This document shows positions 37,619 to 47,402 of a stretch of DNA of 64,000 bases, piece by piece (within the stretch, counting starts at the first letter, position 1; every line of letters starts with the position of its first letter). Both the position numbers and the translations under genes were made by a program. The stretch is taken from positions 82,785 to 146,784 of the forward strand of contig JAXSPP010000005.1 of NCBI GenBank assembly GCA_037927135.1, written 5' to 3'. The notes under the pieces were generated by a model. That model was not told the DNA's origin. It did no database searches and was given only the letters and a program-made list of their open reading frames with translations. The stretch is from Candidatus Pampinifervens sinense. Its GTDB lineage: Bacteria; Aquificota; Aquificia; Aquificales; Aquificaceae.

Positions 37619-38320
37619 ATGAAAATATTGGAGATTTTTTCCAGAAAGGTGCTGGTAGGACACAGAGGGCATCCTGCAAAGGAGCTTGAAAACACCCTAG
37701 AATCCATAGAAAGTGCTATAAAGCATGGTGCAGACATTGTGGAGGTAGACATTCAAAAAACAAAAGATGGTGTGCTTGTATTGAGCCATGATGAAAGTTT
37801 GGTAAGGACCTTTGGTATAGACCAAAACATAAGGGAGAGCTTATGGGAGGATTTAAGAAGGGTTAATAAGGATGGATACAGGCTTGCAAGACTTGATGAA
37901 GCCCTTGATCTTGTAAATGGTAGAGTTGGTATGTTTTTGGAGATAAAACATCCAGAGGACACAGAAGAGGTGCTAAGGCTATTGGAAGAGAAAAAGGCCA
38001 CAGAGTGGACGGCCATTATAAGCTTTTATCCTGAGGCTCTTAAGATGGTAAAAGGTAAGGTGGCTACAGGCCTGGTCTATGCAAAGCCACCTGGTATGAT
38101 ACCTGAAGCTAAAAAGCTTGGATGTTCTCTTGTATTGCCCAAATACCCACTTGCAACCCAAAAGGCTGTAGACTTTGCCCACAAGTTAAAGCTTAAGGTG
38201 GTTGCCTGGACTGTAAACGATGTAAATAAGGCAAAGGAGCTTTTTGAGAGGGGGGTGGACGCCATAGCCACTGATGATATAGAGCTTTTAAGGTCTATAT
38301 TTTATTCCTATGCTGGTTGA
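37619..38320 (+). CDS. Glycerophosphodiester phosphodiesterase
   Basis: GHRG..ENTL, EVDIQ.TKDG..V.SHD, EIK, WTVND, IATD. Confidence 0.93.
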   Translation: MKILEIFSRKVLVGHRGHPAKELENTLESIESAIKHGADIVEVDIQKTKDGVLVLSHDESLVRTFGIDQNIRESLWEDLRRVNKDGYRLARLDEALDLVNGRVGMFLEIKHPEDTEEVLRLLEEKKATEWTAIISFYPEALKMVKGKVATGLVYAKPPGMIPEAKKLGCSLVLPKYPLATQKAVDFAHKLKLKVVAWTVNDVNKAKELFERGVDAIATDDIELLRSIFYSYAG

Positions 38321-40154
38321 AGAGTTTGATGTGGCGGTTATAGGTGGTGGGCACGCAGGCATAGAGGCCGCTTTGGCTTCTGCCCGTATGGGTGCAAAGA
38401 CGGTAATGTTCGTTTTGAACGCAGACACCATAGGCCAGATGTCTTGTAATCCGGCCATAGGTGGCATAGCAAAGGGTATAGTGGTAAGAGAAATAGATGC
38501 CCTTGGTGGAGAGATGGGCAAGGCCATAGATCATACGGGTATACAGTTCAAGATGCTAAACACAAGAAAGGGCAAGGCTGTATGGTCTCCAAGGGCTCAA
38601 GCGGACAAAAAGCTATACAGAGAATACATGAAAAGAGTCTGCGAAAATCAGGAAAACCTTTACATAAAACAGGATGAGGTGGTGGATATAATCGTAGAAG
38701 ACAATAGGGTAGTGGCGGTAAAGACCAAGCTGGGGCTTGAATACAGGGTAAAGGCTGTGGTGGTTGCCACAGGGACCTTTTTAAACGGAGTGATATACAT
38801 AGGTGATAAGACCTTTCCAGCGGGTAGGGCTTGGGAGCCACCCTCTACAGGTTTGGCCGATTTTTACAAAAGGCATGGTTTCCCCCTTGTCCGGTTTAAG
38901 ACCGGCACGCCAGCAAGGCTTGACAAAAGGACCATAGACTTTTCTGTGTTAGAGCCCGCTCCGGGCGATGACCCACCACCAAAGTTCTCCTTCTGGACCG
39001 AGCCTGTCGGCACCTATTGGTTTGAAAAGGGTAAAAAACAGGCTCTCTGTTGGATAACTTATACCACGCCAAAGACCCATGAGATCATAAGGAAGAACCT
39101 TCACAGGACTGCCCTCTATGGTGGTCTTATAAAAGGCATAGGTCCAAGGTATTGCCCTTCCATAGAGGACAAGGTGGTAAAGTTTGCGGACAAGGACAGG
39201 CACACAGTCTTTTTGGAGCCCGAAGGCTGGGACACCATAGAGATATACCCCAACGGCCTTTCCACCTCTTTGCCAGAGGAAGTTCAATGGGAGATGTACA
39301 GAAGCATACCGGGCCTGGAAAAGGTGGAGCTCATAAGGCCAGCCTATGCCATAGAGTACGATGTGGTGCCACCAACCGAGCTGTATCCTACCCTTGAGAC
39401 AAAAAAGATAAGAGGACTATTTCATGCTGGGAACCTGAATGGAACTACGGGCTATGAAGAGGCTGCAGGCCAAGGTATACTGGCTGGCATAAATGCAGCC
39501 CTAAGGGCCTTTGGAAAGGAGCCTATATACTTAAGAAGGGATGAAAGCTACATAGGCATAATGGTGGATGACCTTGTTACCAAGGGTGTGATGGAGCCCT
39601 ACAGGCTCTTTACCTCAAGGTCTGAATACAGATTGCAACTGAGACAAGACAATGCCATCTTGAGGCTTGCAGAGCTTGGCTACAACCTTGGCCTTTTGAG
39701 CCACGAGCAGTATAAACTGGTAAAAGAGTTGAAGAAAGAGATAGAGAGCTGGATAGAGTTTTATAAGAGTCAAAGGGTCTCTGTGGCCATAGGTTCAGAC
39801 ATAAAGAGCTATACACCATCACAGCTTCTTACCGCAGAGTACTCCATAGAGGACCTAAGGAGCTTTGGCTTTGAAGTTCCAGAACATCCCTATGTAAAAG
39901 AAGAGGTGGAGATACAGCTAAAGTACGAACCGTACATAGAGAGGGAGAAAAAGCTAAACGAGAGATTAAAAAAGCTTGAAGACATTCCTCTGGATCCAAA
40001 CCTGGACTACGATAAGATACCCGGCCTTACCAACGAGGCAAAAGAGAAGTTAAAGAAGTTTAGGCCCCTTACGGTGGGACAAGCGGCAAGGATTGACGGC
40101 ATTACACCGGCCACCATAACGGCCATATTGGCCTACCTTGGAAAGCTGGATTAA
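38310..40154 (+). CDS. mnmG: tRNA U34 carboxymethylaminomethyl modification enzyme MnmG (GidA)
   Basis: GGGHAG.EAA, MSCNPAIGG, GPRYCPSIEDK, NGTTGYEEAA, YRLFTSRSEYRL. Confidence 0.98.
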   Translation: MLVEEFDVAVIGGGHAGIEAALASARMGAKTVMFVLNADTIGQMSCNPAIGGIAKGIVVREIDALGGEMGKAIDHTGIQFKMLNTRKGKAVWSPRAQADKKLYREYMKRVCENQENLYIKQDEVVDIIVEDNRVVAVKTKLGLEYRVKAVVVATGTFLNGVIYIGDKTFPAGRAWEPPSTGLADFYKRHGFPLVRFKTGTPARLDKRTIDFSVLEPAPGDDPPPKFSFWTEPVGTYWFEKGKKQALCWITYTTPKTHEIIRKNLHRTALYGGLIKGIGPRYCPSIEDKVVKFADKDRHTVFLEPEGWDTIEIYPNGLSTSLPEEVQWEMYRSIPGLEKVELIRPAYAIEYDVVPPTELYPTLETKKIRGLFHAGNLNGTTGYEEAAGQGILAGINAALRAFGKEPIYLRRDESYIGIMVDDLVTKGVMEPYRLFTSRSEYRLQLRQDNAILRLAELGYNLGLLSHEQYKLVKELKKEIESWIEFYKSQRVSVAIGSDIKSYTPSQLLTAEYSIEDLRSFGFEVPEHPYVKEEVEIQLKYEPYIEREKKLNERLKKLEDIPLDPNLDYDKIPGLTNEAKEKLKKFRPLTVGQAARIDGITPATITAILAYLGKLD

Positions 40155-40164
40155 AATAGAATAC

Positions 40165-40479
40165 ATGTTTGGCTACTATGTGGTTTTGATCACCGTTCCT
40201 GTGGAGAAGGGTCAGGAGCTTGCGGAGTTTATAATCCAAAACAAGCTTGGTGCTTGTGTAAATGTGGTACCAGAGGTAAATTCTATCTACTGGTGGAAGG
40301 GCAATATAGAGAGGGATAAAGAAGCCCTCCTTGTGGTCAAAACCTCAGCCAAAAAGTTTGAAGAGCTTTTAAAGGGTGTGAAATCTGTCCATCCATACAC
40401 CGTTCCAGAGATAATAGCCCTGCCCATAGTGGCGGGTAATGAAGATTACCTTAAATGGATAGATGATTCCATAGGGTGA
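40165..40479 (+). CDS. cutA: Divalent cation tolerance protein CutA
   Basis: LGACVN, SIYWWKG, HPYTVPEIIA. Confidence 0.93.
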   Translation: MFGYYVVLITVPVEKGQELAEFIIQNKLGACVNVVPEVNSIYWWKGNIERDKEALLVVKTSAKKFEELLKGVKSVHPYTVPEIIALPIVAGNEDYLKWIDDSIG

Positions 40480-40533
40480 AAATAGGTGAGTTCTCTCATG
40501 CATCCTTAAAGGCTTAAAAACTATAATTTTTCT

Positions 40534-41424
40534 ATGGTTTGTAAGCATGAGCATGACTTTTATACACCGGAAGGCAAGGCCCAAAGAAAGGTTCTGATAG
40601 TTCTCCTTATCACCCTTGCCACCATGTTTTTAGAGATAGTTGCGGGCTATATATTCAATTCTGTTGCTCTTTTGGCCGATGGCATACATATGGCCACTCA
40701 TGTACTGGCCTTTGGTATAGCCTATATGGCCTATTATCTTGCCAAAAAGTGGTCAAGGGAGAGGAGCTTTACCTTTGGAACCTGGAAGATTGAAGTTTTG
40801 GGAGCATATACGAGCGGTATTTTGCTCTTTTTTGTCTCCTTTTTAGTGTTACAAGAGGCTCTTTCAAAGCTTATCAAAGGAGGAGAAACAAAGTACGATG
40901 AGGCCCTTCTTGTAGCCTTTATAGGACTGGGGGTGAACCTTTTGAGTGCATACCTTTTACACGATGGACATCACCATGAGCATCCGCACCACCACGATCT
41001 TAACTTGCGTGGAGCCTATCTCCATGTGTTGGCTGATGCCCTCACTTCCCTTCTTGCCATAGGAGGCCTTCTTTCTGGAAAGCTCTTAGGCCTTTGGTTC
41101 ATGGATCCAATCATGGGCTTTTTAGGCTTTTTGCTCATAGCCAAGTGGTCTATAGGCCTTGTAAGGGAGACTGCACCCATACTTTTGGATAGGGAAGGGA
41201 AGAACCCACTTGTGGATCAGATAATAGAGGCAGTAGAAAAAGACGGTAAGAGTAGAGTTTATGATATACACCTTTTGAGGATCACTAAGAACGGATACGC
41301 CTGCATACTGGGTATAGAAACGGAAGAAGGCCTATCCGTAGAGTATTATGAGGAGATAATATCAAGGTTTGAAAACATCTTGCATGCTACTTTGGAGGTA
41401 CGTATTTGTTCCCAGAAAGGGTAA
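40534..41424 (+). CDS. Cation diffusion facilitator (DmeF-like Co/Ni/Zn efflux)
   Basis: ALLADG.HM.TH, FTFGTWK.E, His-rich loop, NL.GAYLHVLADALTS. Confidence 0.92.
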   Translation: MVCKHEHDFYTPEGKAQRKVLIVLLITLATMFLEIVAGYIFNSVALLADGIHMATHVLAFGIAYMAYYLAKKWSRERSFTFGTWKIEVLGAYTSGILLFFVSFLVLQEALSKLIKGGETKYDEALLVAFIGLGVNLLSAYLLHDGHHHEHPHHHDLNLRGAYLHVLADALTSLLAIGGLLSGKLLGLWFMDPIMGFLGFLLIAKWSIGLVRETAPILLDREGKNPLVDQIIEAVEKDGKSRVYDIHLLRITKNGYACILGIETEEGLSVEYYEEIISRFENILHATLEVRICSQKG

Positions 41425-41455
41425 ACAATTTTACAATTTTGTAAACAATTTGACA
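41420..41455. promoter_or_regulatory. Tandem NifA-like upstream activator sites (GGT/TGT-N10-ACA)
   Basis: GGTAAACAATTTTACA (41420-35) and TGTAAACAATTTGACA (41440-55), 20 bp apart, upstream of the sigma54 promoter. Confidence 0.7.
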
Positions 41456-41519
41456 TAACTCTGGGAGTGTACCACTCCTGTAAAGTAGTAAAATTAACTC
41501 TTAGCCAGCGTATATGTGC

Positions 41520-41535
41520 TGGCATTTTTTTTGCA
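41520..41535 (+). promoter_or_regulatory. Sigma54 (-24/-12) promoter of glnB-glnA
   Basis: TGGCAT-N5-TTGCA with exact spacing. Confidence 0.85.
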
Positions 41536-41543
41536 AAAATTAA

Positions 41544-41897
<354 letters not shown>

Positions 41898-41921
41898 AAT
41901 CTTATAAAAGGAGGTGTGGCA

Positions 41922-43331
41922 ATGCCTAAGTATTCGCCGGAAGAGGTTTTAAGCCTCATTGAACAGGAAGGGGTCCAGTATGTGGACCTGAGGTTTTCAG
42001 ACCTGTTTGGACAGTGGCAACATTTGACCATCCCAGCCTATGAGATCTCTCGTGAGACTTTTGAAGATGGAAGAGGCTTTGATGGCTCTTCCATAAGAGG
42101 TTGGCAATCAATCCATGAGTCCGATATGCTGGCCGTTCCAGACCCTACCACCGCATTCATAGATCCTTTTATGGAGCCAAAAACACTGGTTATGATATGT
42201 GATATCTACGATCCTGTAACGAGGGAGAGGTATGGTAGGGACACACGCTATATAGCCCAAAAGGCTGAACAGTACCTAAGGCAGACGGGAATCGGTGACA
42301 CAGCTTACTTTGGTCCAGAGGCAGAGTTCTTCATACTTGACTCTGTGGAGTTTGGAACGAGTGCAAATTATGCCTTCTGGAGGGTGGACTCTGAGGAAGG
42401 TTGGTGGAACAGGGAAATTGCTTCTTCAGGATATAAGATACCACACAAGAGGGGTTACTTTCCAGTGCCACCGCTGGATAAGATGCACCAGCTGAGGAGT
42501 GAAATGGTCTCCATAATGTCCCAGCTTGGTATTGTGGTAGAGCTCCATCACCATGAGGTGGCAACAGCTGGACAGGGTGAGATAGACATAAGGTATGACT
42601 CTTTGGTAAACCAAGCGGATAAGCTTTTTATCTACAAGTATGTGGTCCGTATGGTAGCCCACAAGCATGGAAAGTATGCCACCTTTATGCCAAAGATCCT
42701 TCCAAACGACAACGGTTGCGGTATGCACACCCACTTCTCCATATGGAAGGATGGTCAAAACCTCTTTGCGGGTTCTGAATATGCAGGTGTGTCAGAGCTT
42801 TGCCTTTACGCCATAGGTGGTATTTTAAAGCATGGTCCAGCCCTCACAGCCTTTACAAACCCAACTATAAACTCCTACCACAGGCTTGTGCCTGGCTTTG
42901 AGGCACCGGTAAGGCTTGCCTACTCTGCAAGAAACAGGTCTGCCGCCATACGTATACCCATGTATTCACCCTCTCCAAAGGCCAAAAGGATAGAGATAAG
43001 GTTCCCAGACCCCACATGCAACCCATACCTTGCCTTTGCTGCCATACTTATGGCTGCCATAGACGGTATAGAAAACAAGATCCATCCAGGAGAACCCCTT
43101 GACAAGGACATTTACTCCTTGCCACCAGAAGAGCTAAAGGATATACCACAGCTTCCAGGATCCTTGGAGGAATCCCTCAAAGCCTTGGAAAACGACTATG
43201 AGTTCCTTTTGAAGGGTGGTGTGTTCACCGAGGAGATAATAGAGCTGTGGATAGAGTCCAAGCGTAAAGAGATAGATGAGATAAGGTTTATACCACATCC
43301 TAAGGAGTTTGAACTCTACTTTGATATCTAA
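41922..43331 (+). CDS. glnA: Glutamine synthetase type I
   Basis: FDGSSI, HHHEVA, ATFMPK, GMHTH, GFEAP, NRSAAIRIP, IEIRFPDP. Confidence 0.98.
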   Translation: MPKYSPEEVLSLIEQEGVQYVDLRFSDLFGQWQHLTIPAYEISRETFEDGRGFDGSSIRGWQSIHESDMLAVPDPTTAFIDPFMEPKTLVMICDIYDPVTRERYGRDTRYIAQKAEQYLRQTGIGDTAYFGPEAEFFILDSVEFGTSANYAFWRVDSEEGWWNREIASSGYKIPHKRGYFPVPPLDKMHQLRSEMVSIMSQLGIVVELHHHEVATAGQGEIDIRYDSLVNQADKLFIYKYVVRMVAHKHGKYATFMPKILPNDNGCGMHTHFSIWKDGQNLFAGSEYAGVSELCLYAIGGILKHGPALTAFTNPTINSYHRLVPGFEAPVRLAYSARNRSAAIRIPMYSPSPKAKRIEIRFPDPTCNPYLAFAAILMAAIDGIENKIHPGEPLDKDIYSLPPEELKDIPQLPGSLEESLKALENDYEFLLKGGVFTEEIIELWIESKRKEIDEIRFIPHPKEFELYFDI

Positions 43332-43349
43332 TTAAGTTAATAAAAGCAT

Positions 43350-43373
43350 GCCCGGCCCACTTAGGAGCCGGGC
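43350..43373 (+). other. GC hairpin between glnA and amtB (partial terminator or stabiliser)
   Basis: GCCCGGC...GCCGGGC 7-bp stem; no U-tract. Confidence 0.5.
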
Positions 43374-43389
43374 TAAAGGAGGAGGTAAA

Positions 43390-44664
43390 ATGCGTCGCGT
43401 GTGGAGTATTATACCACTACTTTTGGTAAGTTTGTCTTTTGCTCAGGATCAGACTCCAAAGCTTGATACGGGTGATACGGCCTGGATGATAGTGGCCACA
43501 GCCCTTGTTATGCTTATGACCCTTCCGGGCCTTGCCATGTTCTACGGTGGCATGGCAAAAAGGAAGGACACTTTAAACACCATAGCCATGTCCTTTGTGG
43601 CATATTGCATAGCCTCTGTAATCTGGATCGTCTATGGCTATACTCTGGCTTTTAACACAGACATAGGTGGTATTATAGGAAGTCCATCTAAGATCTTTCT
43701 AAACGGTGTGGAGGTCAAAAGCCTTCAAGGAACCATACCGGAGTTCATCTTTGTAGTCTTCCAGCTTACTTTTGCAGCCATAACGGTGGCCCTTGTGAGT
43801 GGCTCTTACATAGAGAGGATGAAGTTTTCCGCATGGGTTTTGTTCGTTATTCTGTGGGTGAGCTTGGTCTATGTTCCCATAGCCCACTGGGTATGGGGTG
43901 GTGGCTTTCTTATGAAGCTTGGAGCCCTTGACTTTGCAGGTGGAACGGTGGTGCATATAAACGCTGGTATTGCTGGCCTTGTGGGTGCTTTGTTCTTGGG
44001 CAGGCGAAAAGAGGCTACCCTTGTGCCCAATAACCTCCCTCTTGTGGTAATAGGCGCTGGTCTTTTGTGGTTTGGATGGTTTGGCTTTAATGCGGGTTCT
44101 GCTTTGGGTGCCAATGGGCTTGCCTCTGCAGCTTTTATAAACACCAACACAGCTGCGGCCATGGCAGCCCTCTCTTGGATGTTTACAGAGTGGATCTACT
44201 CAAAAAAGCCTACACTTTTGGGTTTAGCTTCTGGTGCCGTTGCTGGCCTTGTGGCCATCACACCAGCGGCCGGCTTTGTAGACATAAAGGGAAGCCTTAT
44301 AATAGGCCTTCTTGCTGGCATAATACCCTTCTTTGCGGTGGCATACCTCAAACCAAAGCTTGGTTATGATGATGCCCTTGATGCCTTTGGCATTCACGGC
44401 GTGGCAGGAATCCTTGGAGCCATACTTACTGGCATTTTTGCCAACCCAGCTATAAACGAAGCTGGGAAGGGCCTCCTCTATGGAAATCCCTCCCAGCTAC
44501 TCATACAGCTCATAGCGGTAGGTGTAACCATTGTCTATGTGGCCATAGCTACAGCCATCATCCTATTCATCATAAAGGCCCTAGTAGGTCTGAGGGTAGA
44601 ACAAGATAGCGAAGTGTTTGGTCTTGATGAGAGCCAGCATGGAGAAAAGGCTTACAACCTGTAA
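43390..44664 (+). CDS. amtB: Ammonium transporter AmtB
   Basis: [43 protein letters not shown]. Confidence 0.97.
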   Translation: MRRVWSIIPLLLVSLSFAQDQTPKLDTGDTAWMIVATALVMLMTLPGLAMFYGGMAKRKDTLNTIAMSFVAYCIASVIWIVYGYTLAFNTDIGGIIGSPSKIFLNGVEVKSLQGTIPEFIFVVFQLTFAAITVALVSGSYIERMKFSAWVLFVILWVSLVYVPIAHWVWGGGFLMKLGALDFAGGTVVHINAGIAGLVGALFLGRRKEATLVPNNLPLVVIGAGLLWFGWFGFNAGSALGANGLASAAFINTNTAAAMAALSWMFTEWIYSKKPTLLGLASGAVAGLVAITPAAGFVDIKGSLIIGLLAGIIPFFAVAYLKPKLGYDDALDAFGIHGVAGILGAILTGIFANPAINEAGKGLLYGNPSQLLIQLIAVGVTIVYVAIATAIILFIIKALVGLRVEQDSEVFGLDESQHGEKAYNL

Positions 44665-44674
44665 GGAGAAAGCC

Positions 44675-45346
44675 ATGAGGGTACTAATCGTAAAAAATGC
44701 ACCTATTGAGGGGCCAGGCACCATAGAGGAGTTCTTAAGAGAAAACAAGGCAAGCTACAAAATAGTGGAGGCTGGCCTTGGAGAAGAGATACCACCCCTT
44801 GAGGGCTATGACTACTTGGTGGTTCTTGGTGGGCCTATGGGTGTTTATGAGATGGACAAATATCCCTTCCTTAAAAAGGTGACCTTGGCCATGGAGGATG
44901 CCCTAAAAAGGGGTATTAAGGTTCTTGGCATATGTCTTGGAGCCCAGCTCTTTGCCCATGTGCTTGGCTCTAGAGTATATCCGGGAAAGGCCAAGGAAAT
45001 AGGATGGTGTGAAATTGAGGCAACGCCCGAAGGCATGAAGGATGATGTCTTTAAAACTCTATTTGACCCATCGGGAAAGGCCATGGTCTTCCAATGGCAT
45101 GGGGACACCTACGACCTTCCCTCTGGAGCTATAAGGCTTGCCTCTTCAGGCCTTTTCCAAGAGCAGGCCTTCAGATATGAAGATTCCTTTGCCTTGCAAT
45201 TTCATATAGAGGTAACCATGGATATGATAAGGGAGTGGTTTTCCGACAGCGAGGATCTAAAGTCTATGCTTGAAAAAGCAAAGGAGCTTTATCCAAGCTA
45301 CAGGTCCAAGGCGGACCTCTTTTATAGAGCCTTTTTTAAAAACTGA
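44675..45346 (+). CDS. Class I glutamine amidotransferase-like protein
   Basis: LGGPMG, LGICLGAQL, QWHGD, LQFHIE (Cys-His-Glu triad). Confidence 0.9.
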   Translation: MRVLIVKNAPIEGPGTIEEFLRENKASYKIVEAGLGEEIPPLEGYDYLVVLGGPMGVYEMDKYPFLKKVTLAMEDALKRGIKVLGICLGAQLFAHVLGSRVYPGKAKEIGWCEIEATPEGMKDDVFKTLFDPSGKAMVFQWHGDTYDLPSGAIRLASSGLFQEQAFRYEDSFALQFHIEVTMDMIREWFSDSEDLKSMLEKAKELYPSYRSKADLFYRAFFKN

Positions 45347-45359
45347 AAGGAGGTGAGCC

Positions 45360-46421
45360 ATGATAAAGAGAACAGCTTTAACCCTACTAGCCCTTGGCAG
45401 TCTGAGCCAAAGCCAAGCCCTAGAATTAAAGCTGGAGCCCATGGGAACTCTCAACATAGGCGGTGCCCTAACAGGCTATACCATCTACACCAACAACAAG
45501 GCTGGTACAGACAAAAAGACACGCTATGATGTAGGCTCTGCCATAATAAGCATATCAAAGCCTGCAGAGCCGGTAGGCTTTACCCTTATGGGCGGTGCCT
45601 ATGCAGTGCCAGTGATTGGTGTAGGCCTTTCAAAAACCTCTACTACCACAGACCTTTTTAGCCCACTGCCTGTGGCCTACTTGGAGTTTGCGCCGGTAAA
45701 GGGCCTTTCCATTCAAGCTGGTAAGCTTCCTACCATAATTGGCTATGAATCTGCCTTTACATACCTCAACAAGTACATACAGAGAGGCCTCATATGGAAC
45801 ATGCAACCGGTCATACACCACGGTGTAAGGCTCACATACAGCACAGACCTCTTTAACATCAAAGTGGGCATAAACGACGGCTTTTATACCCTTAGCACCA
45901 CACACACTAAGCCTGCCTTGGAAGGTTCCGTAGGCCTCACACCCACAAAGAACTCATCCCTATCCTTTAACTTCATACTTCCAGACAAAAGCTCAAGGCC
46001 CAACAGCACTGCCATACCTGCCAACAAAAGGGAGTATAACCTTGTAGCTACATACAGCATTGGGTCCCTGTCCTTGGGTGCGGACCTTATGTATGTGGAA
46101 GCTCCAAAGGATGAAGAGGCTCAGGTGTCAGAGAAGGCAAAGGCAAGCGGAGGCTGTATACACTTTTCCTATGACCTTAAGCCTTTTACCATATCTGGCA
46201 GGATAGAGTATGTTAAGGACAATTCCGATATGGGTGGTATAGACTTAGTGGGCTTGGGGGATGGAAACAAGGGATGGACATTTACCATAACACCAGCCTA
46301 CGCAAAGGGCCCTTTCCTTATCAGAGGTGAACTTTCCTACGTAAAAGCGGACAGATCCTTTACTGTAAACAACAAAAAGGATCAAGTGAGGGTTGGTGTG
46401 GAAGTAGGATTTCTCTTTTGA
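45360..46421 (+). CDS. Outer-membrane beta-barrel (putative porin)
   Basis: Signal peptide, alternating beta strands, AGKLPTIIGYE, C-terminal Phe (EVGFLF). Confidence 0.8.
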   Translation: MIKRTALTLLALGSLSQSQALELKLEPMGTLNIGGALTGYTIYTNNKAGTDKKTRYDVGSAIISISKPAEPVGFTLMGGAYAVPVIGVGLSKTSTTTDLFSPLPVAYLEFAPVKGLSIQAGKLPTIIGYESAFTYLNKYIQRGLIWNMQPVIHHGVRLTYSTDLFNIKVGINDGFYTLSTTHTKPALEGSVGLTPTKNSSLSFNFILPDKSSRPNSTAIPANKREYNLVATYSIGSLSLGADLMYVEAPKDEEAQVSEKAKASGGCIHFSYDLKPFTISGRIEYVKDNSDMGGIDLVGLGDGNKGWTFTITPAYAKGPFLIRGELSYVKADRSFTVNNKKDQVRVGVEVGFLF

Positions 46422-46427
46422 AGCTTT

Positions 46428-46449
46428 GGGCGACCCAAAAGGGTCGCCC
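46428..46449. terminator. Hairpin between convergent porin and speD genes
   Basis: GGGCGACCC-AAAA-GGGTCGCCC perfect 9-bp stem. Confidence 0.75.
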
Positions 46450-46456
46450 GCTTAAT

Positions 46457-46852
46457 TTATATTTTTAACAAAATACTTCGCAAATGGTCAGCCTCGGACT
46501 GGCGCACCAAGCCCCTTTCGTGCACCTGCTTGTCCACCCTTGTGGGCTCAAGGGTGGCTATGATGTAGTCCATTGCCTTGTAGGCCTTTGTGGGATTTCC
46601 GCAGGTGTAGACATCAACGGTAGCAAGGCCGTGTTCGGGCCATGTGTGGATGGATATGTGAGACTCTGCAAGGAGGACCACACCTGTGGCACCGTGGGGT
46701 TGAAATTGGTAGTAGTGGGAAGATATTTTGGTGAGGTCTGCTACTTTTACGGCGCTCTCAAGGAGCTGGCGCACATCCTCCACCCTGTCAATGAGGTCAG
46801 GGTGGACCCCATAAAGGTCTGCTAGGATATGCAGTCCGAGGGCTTTGACCAT
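46457..46852 (-). CDS. speD: S-adenosylmethionine decarboxylase proenzyme (class 1B)
   Basis: G.HILADLY, F.PHG.TGVVLLAE|SHISIHTWPE, DVYTCG. Confidence 0.95.
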   Translation of the reverse strand: MVKALGLHILADLYGVHPDLIDRVEDVRQLLESAVKVADLTKISSHYYQFQPHGATGVVLLAESHISIHTWPEHGLATVDVYTCGNPTKAYKAMDYIIATLEPTRVDKQVHERGLVRQSEADHLRSILLKI

Positions 46853-46899
46853 TTTCTCTCCTCCTTGTCAAGTTTTTGTAAAAGCTTTGGCTGTCTCAT
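46822..46899 (-). CDS. Putative speD leader peptide/uORF (MRQPKLLQKLDKEERKWSKPSDCIS)
   Basis: Own AAGGAGG (46906-12) 6 nt before the ATG; overlaps the speD SD and first 31 nt out of frame. Confidence 0.5.
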   Translation of the reverse strand: MRQPKLLQKLDKEERKWSKPSDCIS

Positions 46900-46943
46900 G
46901 ACAAACCTCCTTAAACACGGAAAATTAAATTATAATACCTTTT

Positions 46944-47402
46944 GTGGAGAAAGCAAGAAGAAAACAAAAACTTAGACCAACCTCTGACCTTGTCAAACAG
47001 GCTCTTTTTAACATGCTTGGAGACATAGAAGGGCTTGTGTTCTTTGACCTTTTTGCGGGCACAGGTCAGATAGGTATGACAGCAGAAGAGAGGGGAGCTG
47101 AGGTCATCTTTGTAGAAAAGGACCCAAGAAATGCGGAAAATATAAAGCGTAAAAGCAGGGGAAAGGTGATAGTGGGAGATGTTCTAAGATTCCTAGAGCG
47201 TTCAGACATAAGGGCAGACATAATCTTTGCGGATCCTCCATATAACTATAAATTTTACGATAAGCTTATTGAACTATCCTTGAAAAACCTCAAAGAGGGA
47301 GGGATTTTTATACTTGAGCATTCAAAAAAACTTGATTTTGCTGCGCAAAAGAAAAAGGTTTATGGTGATACTGCACTGTCCATATGGAGGAAAGGAGAAT
47401 GA
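46944..47402 (+). CDS. rsmD: RsmD-family methyltransferase
   Basis: LRPTSD.VKQALFN, DLFAGTG, IFADPPY, YGDT. Confidence 0.9.
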   Translation: MEKARRKQKLRPTSDLVKQALFNMLGDIEGLVFFDLFAGTGQIGMTAEERGAEVIFVEKDPRNAENIKRKSRGKVIVGDVLRFLERSDIRADIIFADPPYNYKFYDKLIELSLKNLKEGGIFILEHSKKLDFAAQKKKVYGDTALSIWRKGE

